Assembly: GCA_963707915.1 (NCBI GenBank)
Contig: OY970178.1
Span: forward strand, 1,248,001-1,312,000
Direction: 5' to 3'
From: Candidatus Eiseniibacteriota bacterium
Lineage (GTDB): Bacteria > Eisenbacteria > RBG-16-71-46
Length of the DNA stretch: 64,000 bases
The translations under genes were made by a program, and so were the position numbers. Shown one piece after another: positions 10,221-19,849 of this stretch; positions within the stretch are counted from its first letter, which is position 1, and every line of letters begins with the position of its first letter. The notes under the pieces were generated by a model. It saw only the letters and a list, made by a program, of their open reading frames with translations, was not told the DNA's origin and did not search any database.

Positions 10221-10849
10221 CGCTCACCTCCCCCGCTTCGGGACTCGTCGAACAGCCGCGCCAGGTAGCGCGCCAGGAGATCCACCTCGAGATTCACGCG
10301 GGTGCCGCTCGCGTAGCCGCCCGAGGTCGTGACCTGGAGCGTGTGCGGGATCAGCGCCACCTCGCAGCGGTCGCCCCCCGCGGCCGCGACCGTGAGGCTC
10401 ACGCCGTCCACGGCGAGCGAGCCCTTCTCCGCCACGTAGCGGCGCAGCGGCGGCGGGACCGCGAGGGTCACGCGGACGCCGTCGCCCTCGGGCCGCACCG
10501 CCAGCACCTCGCCGACCCCGTCGACGTGGCCCTGCACCAGGTGCCCGCCGAGGCGCTGCTCGAGCGTGAGCGGCCGCTCCAGGTTCACGACGTCGCCCAC
10601 GCGCAGGCCCCCCAGGGTCGTCCGGCTCAGCGTCTCGGGCACGGCGTCCACGCTGAAGCGACCCGGATCGAGCGCCACGACCGTCAGGCACACGCCGCTC
10701 ACGGCGATGCTGGCGCCGATCTCCGCGTCCGCGAGCACCCCCCGCGCCTCGAACCAGAACCGGCGCCCGGGCCGTGCTTCGCTCGGCCCGCCCGGCCGTT
10801 CCTCGATGCGGTGGACCCTGCCCATCTCCTCGACGATCCCGGTGAACAT
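10217..10849 (-). CDS. ribE: Riboflavin synthase alpha chain
   Basis: MFTGIVEE start, [27 protein letters not shown]. Confidence 0.95.
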   Translation of the reverse strand: MFTGIVEEMGRVHRIEERPGGPSEARPGRRFWFEARGVLADAEIGASIAVSGVCLTVVALDPGRFSVDAVPETLSRTTLGGLRVGDVVNLERPLTLEQRLGGHLVQGHVDGVGEVLAVRPEGDGVRVTLAVPPPLRRYVAEKGSLAVDGVSLTVAAAGGDRCEVALIPHTLQVTTSGGYASGTRVNLEVDLLARYLARLFDESRSGGGER

Positions 10850-11976
10850 CAGCGTCCCCTTCCTTCCAGCTCGACCATCACGAACAAGTCCCCGCCGGCA
10901 CCGCCGCAGGCGCTGATGCGCCCCGGCAACGCGTGCGCCAGCCGCCCGTCGCCGAGCGGCCCGCACCAGTCGAGCCCTCCGGCCCCGAGCACCCGCGGCG
11001 CGGTGAACAGCGCGATGCGGTCCACCAGGCCCGCTCCGAGCCAGGCCGTGCCCAGCTTGGGCCCGCTCTCGAGCAGCACCTCGTAGCGGCCCGTGCGCGC
11101 GAGTCGTCTCGCCAGGGCCCGCGGCGAGACCCGGCCGGCCGCCAGCGGCAGCCGCCAGACCGCGACGCCGCGGCGCTCCAGTTCGGCCGCGCGGGCCGCC
11201 GGCGCCGCCGGCCCGCAGGCCACGACCGTGCCCTTCGCCAGCGCCGGCGCGAAGAGCCTGAGCGTGAGCGGCAGCCGCAACCGCGTGTCGCAGACCACGC
11301 GCAGCGGCTGGCACACGGCCTCCCGCCGGCCCGCAGGACGCGCGGTGAGACGCGGGTCGTCGGCCCGCGCCGTGCCGGCGCCGACGACCACGGCGTCCGC
11401 GCCCGCGCGCAGGCGGTGGACCAGCTCTCGCGCGGCGGGCCCGGTGATCCACTTCGAGCGACCGGCGCGGTCCGCCACCTTGCCGTCCAGGGTGACGGCC
11501 AGCTTCCAGGTCACGCGCGGCAGTCCCGCGCGGTGGGCGCGCCAGTAGCCGCCGAGCGCCTCGCGGGCCTCACGCTCGAGCAATCCGACCGCGACCACGA
11601 TCCCGGCCCGGCGCATCCGGCGCAGGCCCCGGCCGTCGACGATGGCGTGCGGGTCGCGCAGCGCCACGACGCAGCGGCGCACTCCCGCCTCGATGATGGC
11701 CTCCACGCAGGGCGGCGTGCGCCCGTGGTGCGCGCAGGGTTCGAGCGTGCAGTAGAGCGTGGCGCCGCGGGCCTTCGGGCCGGCCTGCCGCAGGGCCACG
11801 ACCTCGGCGTGGTCGGCGCCCGCCCGCTCGTGCCACCCGCTCCCGACCACGCGACCGGCGCGCACCAACAGCGCCCCGACGATCGGGTTGGGACTGGTGC
11901 GGCCCCGTCCCCGTTCGGCCAGGGCCAGCGCGCGCGCCATGAAGCGCGCCTCGTCCGGTCGCGATGAGCGGGCCAT
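10849..11976 (-). CDS. ribD: Riboflavin deaminase/reductase
   Basis: PNPIVG, HAE, TLEPCAHHGRTPPC, DDPRLTAR; SD AGGAGG upstream. Confidence 0.95.
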   Translation of the reverse strand: MARSSRPDEARFMARALALAERGRGRTSPNPIVGALLVRAGRVVGSGWHERAGADHAEVVALRQAGPKARGATLYCTLEPCAHHGRTPPCVEAIIEAGVRRCVVALRDPHAIVDGRGLRRMRRAGIVVAVGLLEREAREALGGYWRAHRAGLPRVTWKLAVTLDGKVADRAGRSKWITGPAARELVHRLRAGADAVVVGAGTARADDPRLTARPAGRREAVCQPLRVVCDTRLRLPLTLRLFAPALAKGTVVACGPAAPAARAAELERRGVAVWRLPLAAGRVSPRALARRLARTGRYEVLLESGPKLGTAWLGAGLVDRIALFTAPRVLGAGGLDWCGPLGDGRLAHALPGRISACGGAGGDLFVMVELEGRGR

Positions 11977-11989
11977 GACCCTCCTAGCA

Positions 11990-12023
11990 ATGAGAAGACC
12001 CCGTGGCGTTCGGCACCACGGGG
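11990..12023 (-). terminator. Putative terminator (riboswitch expression platform)
   Basis: Minus strand CCCCGTGGTG-CCGAA-CGCCACGGGG followed by TCTTCTCATT, between aptamer and ribD SD. Confidence 0.55.
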
Positions 12024-12070
12024 CGGTATCGCGGAGCGGCGGCCGGGACAGGAAGCGCCCCGGACCCTCC

Positions 12071-12214
12071 TCCTTCTTCCATCCCGACTGTCACGGTCGG
12101 CCCCGGAATCTCGCCGGGTCTGCGGTCGCATCCGGGCCGCCCAGAACAGCGACACCGCACACGTCCGCTCGCGGGCTATACCGCCGGTGGGGACTCGCAC
12201 CCCGCCCCGAAGGA
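12071..12214 (-). ncRNA. FMN riboswitch (RFN element)
   Basis: Minus strand TCCTTCGGGGCGGGGTGCGAGTCCCCACCGGCGGTATAGCCCGCGA...GACCCGGCGAGATTCCGGGGCCGACCGTGACAGTCGGGATGGAAGAAGGA, upstream of ribD. Confidence 0.95.
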
Positions 12215-12228
12215 GCTCAAGCGGGCGG

Positions 12229-12257
12229 AGTCTACCGGGGGCTGCTGGGGGTGTCAA
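12229..12257 (-). promoter_or_regulatory. Sigma70-type promoter for the rib leader
   Basis: TTGACA-17 bp-TAGACT immediately upstream of the aptamer. Confidence 0.8.
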
Positions 12258-12401
12258 AATCCAGGCCGTCGGGCCTTATGGGCAGGCCACCCAGCCCCGT
12301 CGAACCGCGGCCCACACGTGGACGCGGCCGGCGGCCGCCGGCGCACCGATCGGCCTGCCGGACCCGGCCCGGGGCGGGAAGGCGGGCCCTCGAGGAATGC
12401 G

Positions 12402-12430
12402 TGGACTGCGGCCCGAGGACGGACTACGAT
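12402..12430 (+). promoter_or_regulatory. Putative sigma70 promoter for the 12574 gene
   Basis: TGGACT-17 bp-TACGAT. Confidence 0.5.
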
Positions 12431-12573
12431 TCCTGTGTGGCATTCGGGGTGGGCCCCTCGCTGATAGTAGCTCCGACCCGCCCGGACCCCGGGCTTGCGA
12501 TGCCACGATGGCCCGTCGTGGCGTTTCCCCCGCGTGACCCCCTGGGGCTCGGCCAGCCGCAGGAGGGATTGTC

Positions 12574-13500
12574 ATGGCCCGTTGCGACGCTCGATTCATC
12601 CTTCTCGTCGCGATCGTGCTCTGGTTGTTGGGTGATCCGATCGCTGTCTTCGCCCAGCCCCTTCCCGACGCTCCCGGCCTCGCCGTGGTCGCAGCGGGTC
12701 AGGGCAAAGTGCGCCTCACCGTTACCGCCGGAACCAGCGGAGCGCCCGCCGGATTCACGGTCTCGTGGATGACCGCGGACGACTTCGCCAATAACGGCGG
12801 GACCTGGCCTGAGGGCACGGCGGCCGGGAAGGACGCGGCAGGCTTCACCGGCGTGGCGACGCTGCACACCTGGGGGGCGCCCGAGCGCAGCTTCCAGCTC
12901 GGCCCGAATGAGTCCATCGATACCGAGATCGGCGACCTGTTCGACGAGACCGGCGTCTCGGGCGCCACCGCCGACGAACTCGCGGACGGTGTGGCATACG
13001 TGTTCTGCGTCCGGGCCAACGCGCCAGCGGGAACCGGCGCCAGCGCGCTGTCGGTCACGCGCGCCGCCGCCACTGCGCCCCAGGGTCACGACTGCACCTA
13101 CACCCAGGGCTATTGGAAGAACCACGCACAAGCCTGGCCGGTCACGAGCCTATTGCTCGGCTCGGTCGCCTACACCCAGGCCCAGCTGCTCCAGATCCTC
13201 GACGAGTCGGTGGTCGGGAACGGGCTGGTCTCGCTGGCCCACCAACTCATCGCCGCCCGGCTCAACATCGCCTTCGGCGCGGATCCCGGGGACGCCGCCG
13301 CGGCGATCGCAGCGGCCGACGTGCTCATCGGTTCGCTGGTCGTCCCGCCGGTGGGCAGCGGCAGCCTGCCCAGTTGCGAGGTCAGCACGCTCACCCAGAC
13401 CCTCGACGACTTCAACAACGGCGTCACCGGGCCGGGGCACTGTCCCTCGGTGCCCGCGCACGCGACGACCTGGGGCCGGCTGAAGGGTCTCTATCGTTGA
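12574..13500 (+). CDS. Secreted protein with FnIII-like region, CTYTQGYWKNH domain and C-terminal TTWGRLKGLYR motif
   Basis: Signal peptide, SD AGGAGG, beta-rich N-domain, terminal motif. Confidence 0.8.
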   Translation: MARCDARFILLVAIVLWLLGDPIAVFAQPLPDAPGLAVVAAGQGKVRLTVTAGTSGAPAGFTVSWMTADDFANNGGTWPEGTAAGKDAAGFTGVATLHTWGAPERSFQLGPNESIDTEIGDLFDETGVSGATADELADGVAYVFCVRANAPAGTGASALSVTRAAATAPQGHDCTYTQGYWKNHAQAWPVTSLLLGSVAYTQAQLLQILDESVVGNGLVSLAHQLIAARLNIAFGADPGDAAAAIAAADVLIGSLVVPPVGSGSLPSCEVSTLTQTLDDFNNGVTGPGHCPSVPAHATTWGRLKGLYR

Positions 13501-13525
13501 CATCGAGTGACGGGCTCGACGGAAT

Positions 13526-13552
13526 CGGCCACCTCCCGACGGGGGGTGGCCG
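13526..13552. terminator. Hairpin between convergent genes
   Basis: CGGCCACCTCCC-GAC-GGGGGGTGGCCG. Confidence 0.55.
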
Positions 13553-13576
13553 GTCCGTTCCTGCCGGGGATGACGC

Positions 13577-15697
13577 TCAGTCGCGGGTGAGCGGGCGACG
13601 GCGCAGCGCCCGCTGCTCCAGTTCGCCTCCCGGCTGCATCCGGCGAAGGTACTCGAGCAGTTGCAGGCCCTGCTCGTCGCTCCGGGCCGCCGTGCCCGCC
13701 AGCTCGAAGTAGCGCTCCATCGACGGAAGCGCCAGCGGGTAGTTCCCGGCCCGGAGTTGAACGATCGCCCACCGTCGCCAGGCCAGGGGATCCGCGGGCG
13801 TCAACTGGCAGGCGGCCAGGGCCTCCACGGCGCTGACGCCCGACGACGTCATGAGGACGTCCGCCAGCACCCCGTGGGCCTCGGCATCGAGGACGTGGCT
13901 GCGGATCGCGGCATCCAGCTGGCCGGCCGCCCGGAGCGTGTCGCCGGCGGCGAGCAGCCGGCGGGCGTCCGCCGTCTGCGGGCTCGGGCCCGACCGGAGC
14001 GCGAACCCCGCGGCCCGCAGTTCGCGGCGCCCCGCCGCGGTGTCGCCCAGGGCCATCTCCACCCACGCCAGCCAGTAGCCCGCGGATTGCAGGCCGGGGT
14101 GACGCTCCCGGGCCAACTCGAGCACCTCCTTCGCCAGGCCGTACCGCTCGGAGGCCAACTGGGAGGCTGCCACGCTGAAATACACGTTCACGTCCGACTT
14201 CTGCTCGATGAGCGAGTCGTTCCGGGTCATGTAGACGTAGAACGGCCCGCGTCGCGCGCGCTCGGCCGTGAAGTCGTGGAAATAGTACGAGCGCAGGCTG
14301 CTGTCCCGGTAGGCCCAGCGGACCAGGGGGCCGTCGGCGGCCTGCCAGGACGCGAAGACCTGGATGCCGGAGAAGAACAGCGTGCTGCGGTGCGGCATCG
14401 TCGGTCGCAGGCGGCGCAGGTCATCGAGATACCTCGTCACCCACCACATCGAACGGTCGAAGTAGAAGCGGTTGAGGTGCGACTCCGTGCACCACGGGCT
14501 CGGGTCGGTCGCGAAGGTCTCGAGGCGGCGCGCGCGCTCCGAACCCCACGCCACGATCGTGGTGACGACCAGCGCGAGCGCCAGCGGACGACGCGCGAGC
14601 AGCGCCCCCAGCATCAGCGACAGGCCGCACAGCGCGAACAGGTAGTAGTAGGCGCTCCAGATGTGGACCACCAGCACCACCGGGAGCGTGGCCAGCAGCG
14701 CCCACAGCAGGCCCGTGCTCCAGGCGCTCGCCGCGACCGGGCTCTCCGGGGGCTTCCCCCGCGACTCGGGCCGCGCGCGCCCGGCCAGCGCGATCGCCGC
14801 CAGCGCCAGCGCCAGCGGGACGAGCAGGGGCAGCACTCGCGGCAGGCCTGAGGATGGATTCCGGCTCCACTCCGCGCCCAGGAACACCTGCACGAGGTGG
14901 ACCGGCGCGGCGGGGATGGCGTCGAGGCTGAAGTGGATCGTGCCGCCGGGGCGCCCCTTCATGGCCAGCACCCAGAAGACCGCCCACGCCGCCACGACCG
15001 CGCCCAGCGGCCAGAGCCTCGCCACCGCGCGCGTCCAGCGCTCTCCGGGCCGGCGCACCATCCACAGGGCCACGAGCGGCGTCAGGACCACGGTCTCCTT
15101 GGCGAGCAGGCCGAGCCCGAGCGACGCGGCGGCCCAGCCGTTGCGGCCCGCCGCCACCAGGCAGAGCGCGCCCAGCGCGCCCGCCACGGCGATCAGGTCC
15201 TGGCTTCCCGAGGCCCAGCGCACCGGGACGTCCGCCACGTAGTGAAGGGCCAGCACGGAAGCCGCGACGACCGCCGCCCGGGTCCCCGCCAGGCGACGTG
15301 CCAGCACGAAGAGCATGGCCACGATCCCGAGGAAGAGGGCGAGGTTCAGCGCGTGGGCCAGGACCGCCGATTCGCCACCCTGGGCGACAAGCCAGAAGTA
15401 GAGCTGCCGGCCGACCGGGCGCCAGAAGTTGCGCAGCGGGTCCGGCGAGGTCAGCGCCCCCCAGAGGGAGCGGCCCCGCATCTGGTCGAGGAAGAGGTAG
15501 TCGTCGGCGAAGAACGGCAGGCGCAGCGCGGAGACCTGGAGCCACGCCCCCGCCAGCAGCACCAGGGCCAGGACCCCGGCCGGCGCCAGCACGGGGAGCG
15601 CCGCACCCGGCGCACCCGGCGCGACCCGGCGGGCGTCGCGGGGCTGCGCGCCGGGGGGACGCGGGCGACGGGGCTTGTCCTTGCGCGGGCGGGCCAT
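13577..15697 (-). CDS. Multi-TM GT-C-like membrane protein with C-terminal TPR-like helices
   Basis: PFFADDY, FWRPVG, LLAKE motifs; many TM segments. Confidence 0.7.
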   Translation of the reverse strand: MARPRKDKPRRPRPPGAQPRDARRVAPGAPGAALPVLAPAGVLALVLLAGAWLQVSALRLPFFADDYLFLDQMRGRSLWGALTSPDPLRNFWRPVGRQLYFWLVAQGGESAVLAHALNLALFLGIVAMLFVLARRLAGTRAAVVAASVLALHYVADVPVRWASGSQDLIAVAGALGALCLVAAGRNGWAAASLGLGLLAKETVVLTPLVALWMVRRPGERWTRAVARLWPLGAVVAAWAVFWVLAMKGRPGGTIHFSLDAIPAAPVHLVQVFLGAEWSRNPSSGLPRVLPLLVPLALALAAIALAGRARPESRGKPPESPVAASAWSTGLLWALLATLPVVLVVHIWSAYYYLFALCGLSLMLGALLARRPLALALVVTTIVAWGSERARRLETFATDPSPWCTESHLNRFYFDRSMWWVTRYLDDLRRLRPTMPHRSTLFFSGIQVFASWQAADGPLVRWAYRDSSLRSYYFHDFTAERARRGPFYVYMTRNDSLIEQKSDVNVYFSVAASQLASERYGLAKEVLELARERHPGLQSAGYWLAWVEMALGDTAAGRRELRAAGFALRSGPSPQTADARRLLAAGDTLRAAGQLDAAIRSHVLDAEAHGVLADVLMTSSGVSAVEALAACQLTPADPLAWRRWAIVQLRAGNYPLALPSMERYFELAGTAARSDEQGLQLLEYLRRMQPGGELEQRALRRRPLTRD

Positions 15698-15753
15698 GCG
15701 CGGAGTCTACGGGAAAGGGAACGCGCGCGGTAGAACGCGCGACGCTCTCCGGG

Positions 15754-16326
15754 CTAGTAGTGCACGGTCGCGCGCACGCTCAGCAGCGTCCAGTCGTCGC
15801 GCGCCCGGAAGGCCACGCGACCGCCCAGCTCGAGGCCCAGCCGCACCGGCGCCGGCTTCGACTTCATCAGCGTCACCTGCGCGGCGAGCGCGCCGGCCGT
15901 CTCGTGCACCGCCAGGTCGCTGAAGCCCGCGCCCCCGCCGGTCACCGAGAGGACGCCCTGCGCGTTGACCAGGCCCGGGCCCAGCGAGACGCGCCGCACC
16001 GGGCCGCGCGCCGGGAGCCAGTGCAGGAACGCGATGACGTCGAAGGCGCTGTAGTCGACGCCGGCGGACAGGCTGCCGCGCTCGAACGTGCGGCTGCCCA
16101 GCAGGGCGTAACCCAGGTCGAGCCCGGCGCGCAGCGTCGGCGCCAGCGGGTAGTCCATGCCGGCCCCGAGGGAGATGGAGCCGCCGGGAGCCTCGGCCGT
16201 GACCAGCTTCGCGTAGCCGATCGAGAGGTGGCCTCCGATCTCGGCGAACCGGGCCGCGGCCAGGGCCGGCGCGGGGACCACGAGCAGCGCGAGCAGCGCC
16301 AGCGCCCTGAACAGGAAACGATTCAT
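15754..16326 (-). CDS. Outer membrane beta-barrel protein
   Basis: Signal peptide, amphipathic strands, terminal VRATVHY. Confidence 0.7.
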   Translation of the reverse strand: MNRFLFRALALLALLVVPAPALAAARFAEIGGHLSIGYAKLVTAEAPGGSISLGAGMDYPLAPTLRAGLDLGYALLGSRTFERGSLSAGVDYSAFDVIAFLHWLPARGPVRRVSLGPGLVNAQGVLSVTGGGAGFSDLAVHETAGALAAQVTLMKSKPAPVRLGLELGGRVAFRARDDWTLLSVRATVHY

Positions 16327-16387
16327 CTTGCCTCCCTCGGGGCCCGCGGCCGGTCGCCGCGACCGTGCGCGGGGCCCGAGCCCGGGT

Positions 16388-17452
16388 TCACTTGTTGAAC
16401 CGGATGACCAGGCACTGGCCGTCCTGCACCACGTAGTCGCGGCCCTCGAGGCTCAGCCAGCCCTTCTCCCGCGTCGTCGGCGTGTGCCCGCCGGCCTCGA
16501 CCATGTGTTCCCAGTGCACGACCTCGGCCCGGATGAAGCCCTTCGCCAGGTCGCTGTGGATCGCCCCCGCCGCGTCCAGCGTCGTCTCGCCGCGATGGAG
16601 CGTCCACGCCTTCACCTCGTCGGGTCCCACCGTGAAGAACGAGATCAGCCCGAGCAGCTGGTAGCTGACCCGGATGACCAGCGAGAGGCCGTCTTCGTCG
16701 AGCCCCATCTCCGAGCGGAATGCCGGGCGCTCCTCCGGGGGCAGCGAGACGATCTCGCGCTCGAGGTGCGCCTGGAGGGCCACCGCCAGGGCGCCCGGCC
16801 CCGCCGCGGGCGGCACGCGCGTCGCGTCGTCACCCTGGTTGTACACCACCAGCAACGGCTTCTGCGAAAGGAACTGGAAGCCCCGGAGCACCTTCTCGTC
16901 CTCGGCCCCGAAGGACTCGCCCCGCAGGGGCCGCTCGGCCTCGAGCAGTTCCTTGATCCGCGCGAGCATGGCGTGCTCGCGCTCGCCCTCCTTCTTGCCG
17001 ACGCGCAGCTCCTTGCCGAGCCGCTCCATGCGGTTCTCGACGATGGCGAGGTCATTGAGGATGAACTCGGCCTCGAGGTTGCGCAGGTCGCGCGCGGGGT
17101 CCACGCCGTCGGGGGCGGGCTCCAGGTCGCTCTCGAAGTCGCGCACCACGGCCAGCAACGCGTCGCAGTTCCGCACGCCCGAGAACAGGTCCGCCTTGGC
17201 GGCCGCGCGGGCCGAGAGCGCCTCGCGGCCGCCCCGGGCCGCGCCGCTGTCGACGAACTCGATCTGCGCGTGGGTGGTCTTCTTCGGCTGGAAGATCGCG
17301 GCGAGCCGGTCCACCCGCTCGTCGGGCACACGCACCACCCCAAGCTGCTCGCGACCCGCCTGGGCGGCGTGCGCCCCGGCGCCCTGCATGAGGACCTCGA
17401 AGAGCGTGCTCTTGCCGGAGCGCGGCAGACCGAGGATGCCGATTCGCTGCAT
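16388..17452 (-). CDS. ychF: YchF-like ATPase/GTPase (DUF933), divergent
   Basis: GLPRSGKST, VPDERVDRL, FFTVGPDEVKAW, IHSDLAKGFIRAE, EGRDYVVQDG. Confidence 0.85.
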   Translation of the reverse strand: MQRIGILGLPRSGKSTLFEVLMQGAGAHAAQAGREQLGVVRVPDERVDRLAAIFQPKKTTHAQIEFVDSGAARGGREALSARAAAKADLFSGVRNCDALLAVVRDFESDLEPAPDGVDPARDLRNLEAEFILNDLAIVENRMERLGKELRVGKKEGEREHAMLARIKELLEAERPLRGESFGAEDEKVLRGFQFLSQKPLLVVYNQGDDATRVPPAAGPGALAVALQAHLEREIVSLPPEERPAFRSEMGLDEDGLSLVIRVSYQLLGLISFFTVGPDEVKAWTLHRGETTLDAAGAIHSDLAKGFIRAEVVHWEHMVEAGGHTPTTREKGWLSLEGRDYVVQDGQCLVIRFNK

Positions 17453-17527
17453 GGGGTCCCCCGCCGGATGGAACGAGACGGCCCGCGGGAGTGCCCCGCA
17501 GGCCGTCGGGAGCTCGTGAGGCGCGGC

Positions 17528-17557
17528 AGTCTAGGGTCCGGCGAGAACAGGTGTCAA
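17528..17557 (-). promoter_or_regulatory. Sigma70-type promoter for ychF
   Basis: TTGACA-18 bp-TAGACT. Confidence 0.65.
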
Positions 17558-17814
17558 TCGGGCGGCGCGGACTGCTTCCTGGTGCTCAGCGCGTACTCGG
17601 CCGCGAGGGCCGCGTGCAGCCGATCCGTCGCCTTCATCGGCACCTCGATCCGGAGGTCGGCCTGGTAGAGCACGACCGTGCGGCGCACCGTGTCCACGTA
17701 ATAGCTGCAGTCGTGGCAGTCGTGCAGGTGCTCGTCCACCGCCTTGCGCAATTCCGCCTGGACGTCCTCGTCCAGGTACTCGAACAACTGCTCCATCACC
17801 TCGGTGCAATCCAC
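17554..17814 (-). CDS. zf-HC2 (anti-sigma-like zinc finger) small protein
   Basis: DCTEVMEQLFEYLD...EHLHDCHDC (HxxxCxxC); GTG start after GGAGAG. Confidence 0.8.
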   Translation of the reverse strand: MDCTEVMEQLFEYLDEDVQAELRKAVDEHLHDCHDCSYYVDTVRRTVVLYQADLRIEVPMKATDRLHAALAAEYALSTRKQSAPPD

Positions 17815-18046
17815 GATGTCTCTCCAGACACTGGCCGGGGGGGGTCTCTTCTGGACGGCCCTGGAAACCAGCCCCGTCCCGCGGTGCCGGTCCTGCCCCC
17901 TCATGATGCGCCAGGGGGCCTCGGGGTTTGCAGGAAGTTGACCTAACCGCTCTGAGCCGTGGCCGGGCCGGCCGCGGGGGGGGCGGGCACCGGAGCACGC
18001 AGGGCTGGGGCCGGGATGGGGATCCCCTGGCCGCCCGAGGAAGGGG

Positions 18047-18122
18047 TGGTGACCCGTGCTGGGATCGAACCAGCGACTCCCTGCTTAAAAGGCAGGTGCT
18101 CTACCGACTGAGCTAACGGGTC
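18047..18122 (-). tRNA. tRNA-Lys (anticodon TTT)
   Basis: GACCCGT TA GCTC AGTCGGTA GAGC A CCTGC CTTTTAA GCAGG GAGTC GCTGG TTCGATC CCAGC ACGGGTC A CCA; full cloverleaf with CCA. Confidence 0.97.
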
Positions 18123-18302
18123 ACGGAGGTGCTGGGCCGCAGGTTAGCGCAGCGGGGCTGGTGGACGCTATGGGCCCCTCTTGCCCGTTGACTCCCAGGA
18201 TGGCATCGTCCCCAAGCATCGAGGCATCCAGCAACAGGCACGTCCCGCGCCGCCGTGGTGTCCAAGCCCCGACATCCAGCCGTCGTTCGGAGTGGCCGTC
18301 AT

Positions 18303-19547
18303 ATGAGCCCAGTAGCGCTCTTCCTACTCACGATCGCCGGCATCTTCCTGATCGGCGTGGCCGGTGAGGTCTTCTTCCGCCGCACGGGCGTTCCGGACGT
18401 CGTGTGGCTGATACTGGTGGGCATCCTCCTCGGCCCCGTGAGCGGTGCAGTGCATCGGGAGCTCCTCGCCAGCATCGCCCCCTACTTCGCCGCCCTCACG
18501 CTCGTGGTCATTCTGTTCGATGGCGGCATCCGCCTCCGGCTGCGTGAGGTTTCCCGGGCGGCCCCCCGTTCCGGCGCCTTGGCATTGCTGGGCTTCCTGC
18601 TGGCGGTGATGGCCGTGACGCTCGTGAGCATGGGGGCCAAGGGAATCGGCTGGCTGCCTGGATCGTGGACCTGGATGCACGGGCTTCTACTGGGCGCGAT
18701 TCTCGGAGGCTCGAGCTCGATCGTCATCATGCCCGCCATGGCCCAGGCCAAGGTGGAACCCAGGGTGGGCAACCTCCTCAATCTGGAGTCGGCCTTCACC
18801 GATGCACTGTGCGTCGTCGGAGCCACGGCCCTCATCAACGTCATCATGGCGGGACCGTCCGGAACCGCGTCGCCCGGCATGGCCCTCCTGCGGTCTTTCG
18901 GGATCGGGCTTGGCGCGGGCTCGGTGGGAGGTGCCGTCTGGCTCCTCCTCCTGAAAGGGCTTCACGCGCGCGCGCACGCGTACCCGATCACGCTTTCGGC
19001 ACTGCTGATTCTGTACGTCTTCATCCAGCAGGTAGGCGGAAGTGCCGCGCTGGGCATTCTTGCGTTTGCCGTGATCGTGGGAAACGCGGGCGCCATCAGT
19101 TCCCGGATCGGGATGGTGTCCGAGTTGGACTTGGGTGCGGACGTACGCGGGGTGCACGGCCAGATTGCCTTCATCATCAAGTCGTTCTTCTTCACCTTCA
19201 TCGGGGCGATGCTGGGTCCACCCTGGGCGCTGATCGGCCTGGGCGTCCTGCTGGGCGTCGTGCTTCTGCTGGCCCGGGTGCCAGCGGTGCACCTCGTCAC
19301 GTTTGGCAGGACCTTCGAGCCGCACGAGAGGAACCTGATCGCGGTCGCCCTTCCCCGCGGGATGGCCGCAGGGGTCCTCGCGACGCTCCCCGCCGCCGCT
19401 GGGGTTCCGGGGACGGAACAGCTATCGACTGTCGTCTTCGCCTGCGTGTTGACGACCGTGCTGATCTTCGCCGTCGGCTTCCCGCTCGTGCGCCGGCGCC
19501 GAGGCTCGGCCCAGGAGATCGTGTCTCCGCCGCCCACGCCAGCGTGA
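18303..19547 (+). CDS. Cation:proton antiporter (CPA1/NhaP-like)
   Basis: ILFDGG, LESAFTD, PRGMAAGVLA; many TM segments. Confidence 0.88.
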   Translation: MSPVALFLLTIAGIFLIGVAGEVFFRRTGVPDVVWLILVGILLGPVSGAVHRELLASIAPYFAALTLVVILFDGGIRLRLREVSRAAPRSGALALLGFLLAVMAVTLVSMGAKGIGWLPGSWTWMHGLLLGAILGGSSSIVIMPAMAQAKVEPRVGNLLNLESAFTDALCVVGATALINVIMAGPSGTASPGMALLRSFGIGLGAGSVGGAVWLLLLKGLHARAHAYPITLSALLILYVFIQQVGGSAALGILAFAVIVGNAGAISSRIGMVSELDLGADVRGVHGQIAFIIKSFFFTFIGAMLGPPWALIGLGVLLGVVLLLARVPAVHLVTFGRTFEPHERNLIAVALPRGMAAGVLATLPAAAGVPGTEQLSTVVFACVLTTVLIFAVGFPLVRRRRGSAQEIVSPPPTPA

Positions 19548-19563
19548 GCCGTTCCAACCGGCC

Positions 19564-19849
19564 ATGACGATCTTCGAGATCTCGGCATTACTCGTCACTC
19601 TGGCGGCGGTCTTCAGCTACTTCAATCACCGCTACCTTCGGTTGCCCACCACGATCGGCCTGATGGTTCTGGCGCTCATCCTCTCCCTGGGGCTCATCGC
19701 CGGGGCCCGTCTGTATCCGCCCGCACTGGGCCAGGTCGAGCGTCTGCTCGGGGCCGTCGACTTCGAGAAGGTCCTCCTGCGCGGCATGCTCGGGTTCCTT
19801 CTCTTCGCCGGAGCCTTGCACGTCGATCTCGGCGGGCTGCGGAGGCAGT
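19564..19849 (+). pseudogene. Truncated NhaP-type Na+/H+ antiporter (N-terminus only)
   Basis: SYFNHRYLRLPTTIG...GMLGFLLFAGALHVD then homology stops. Confidence 0.75.
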
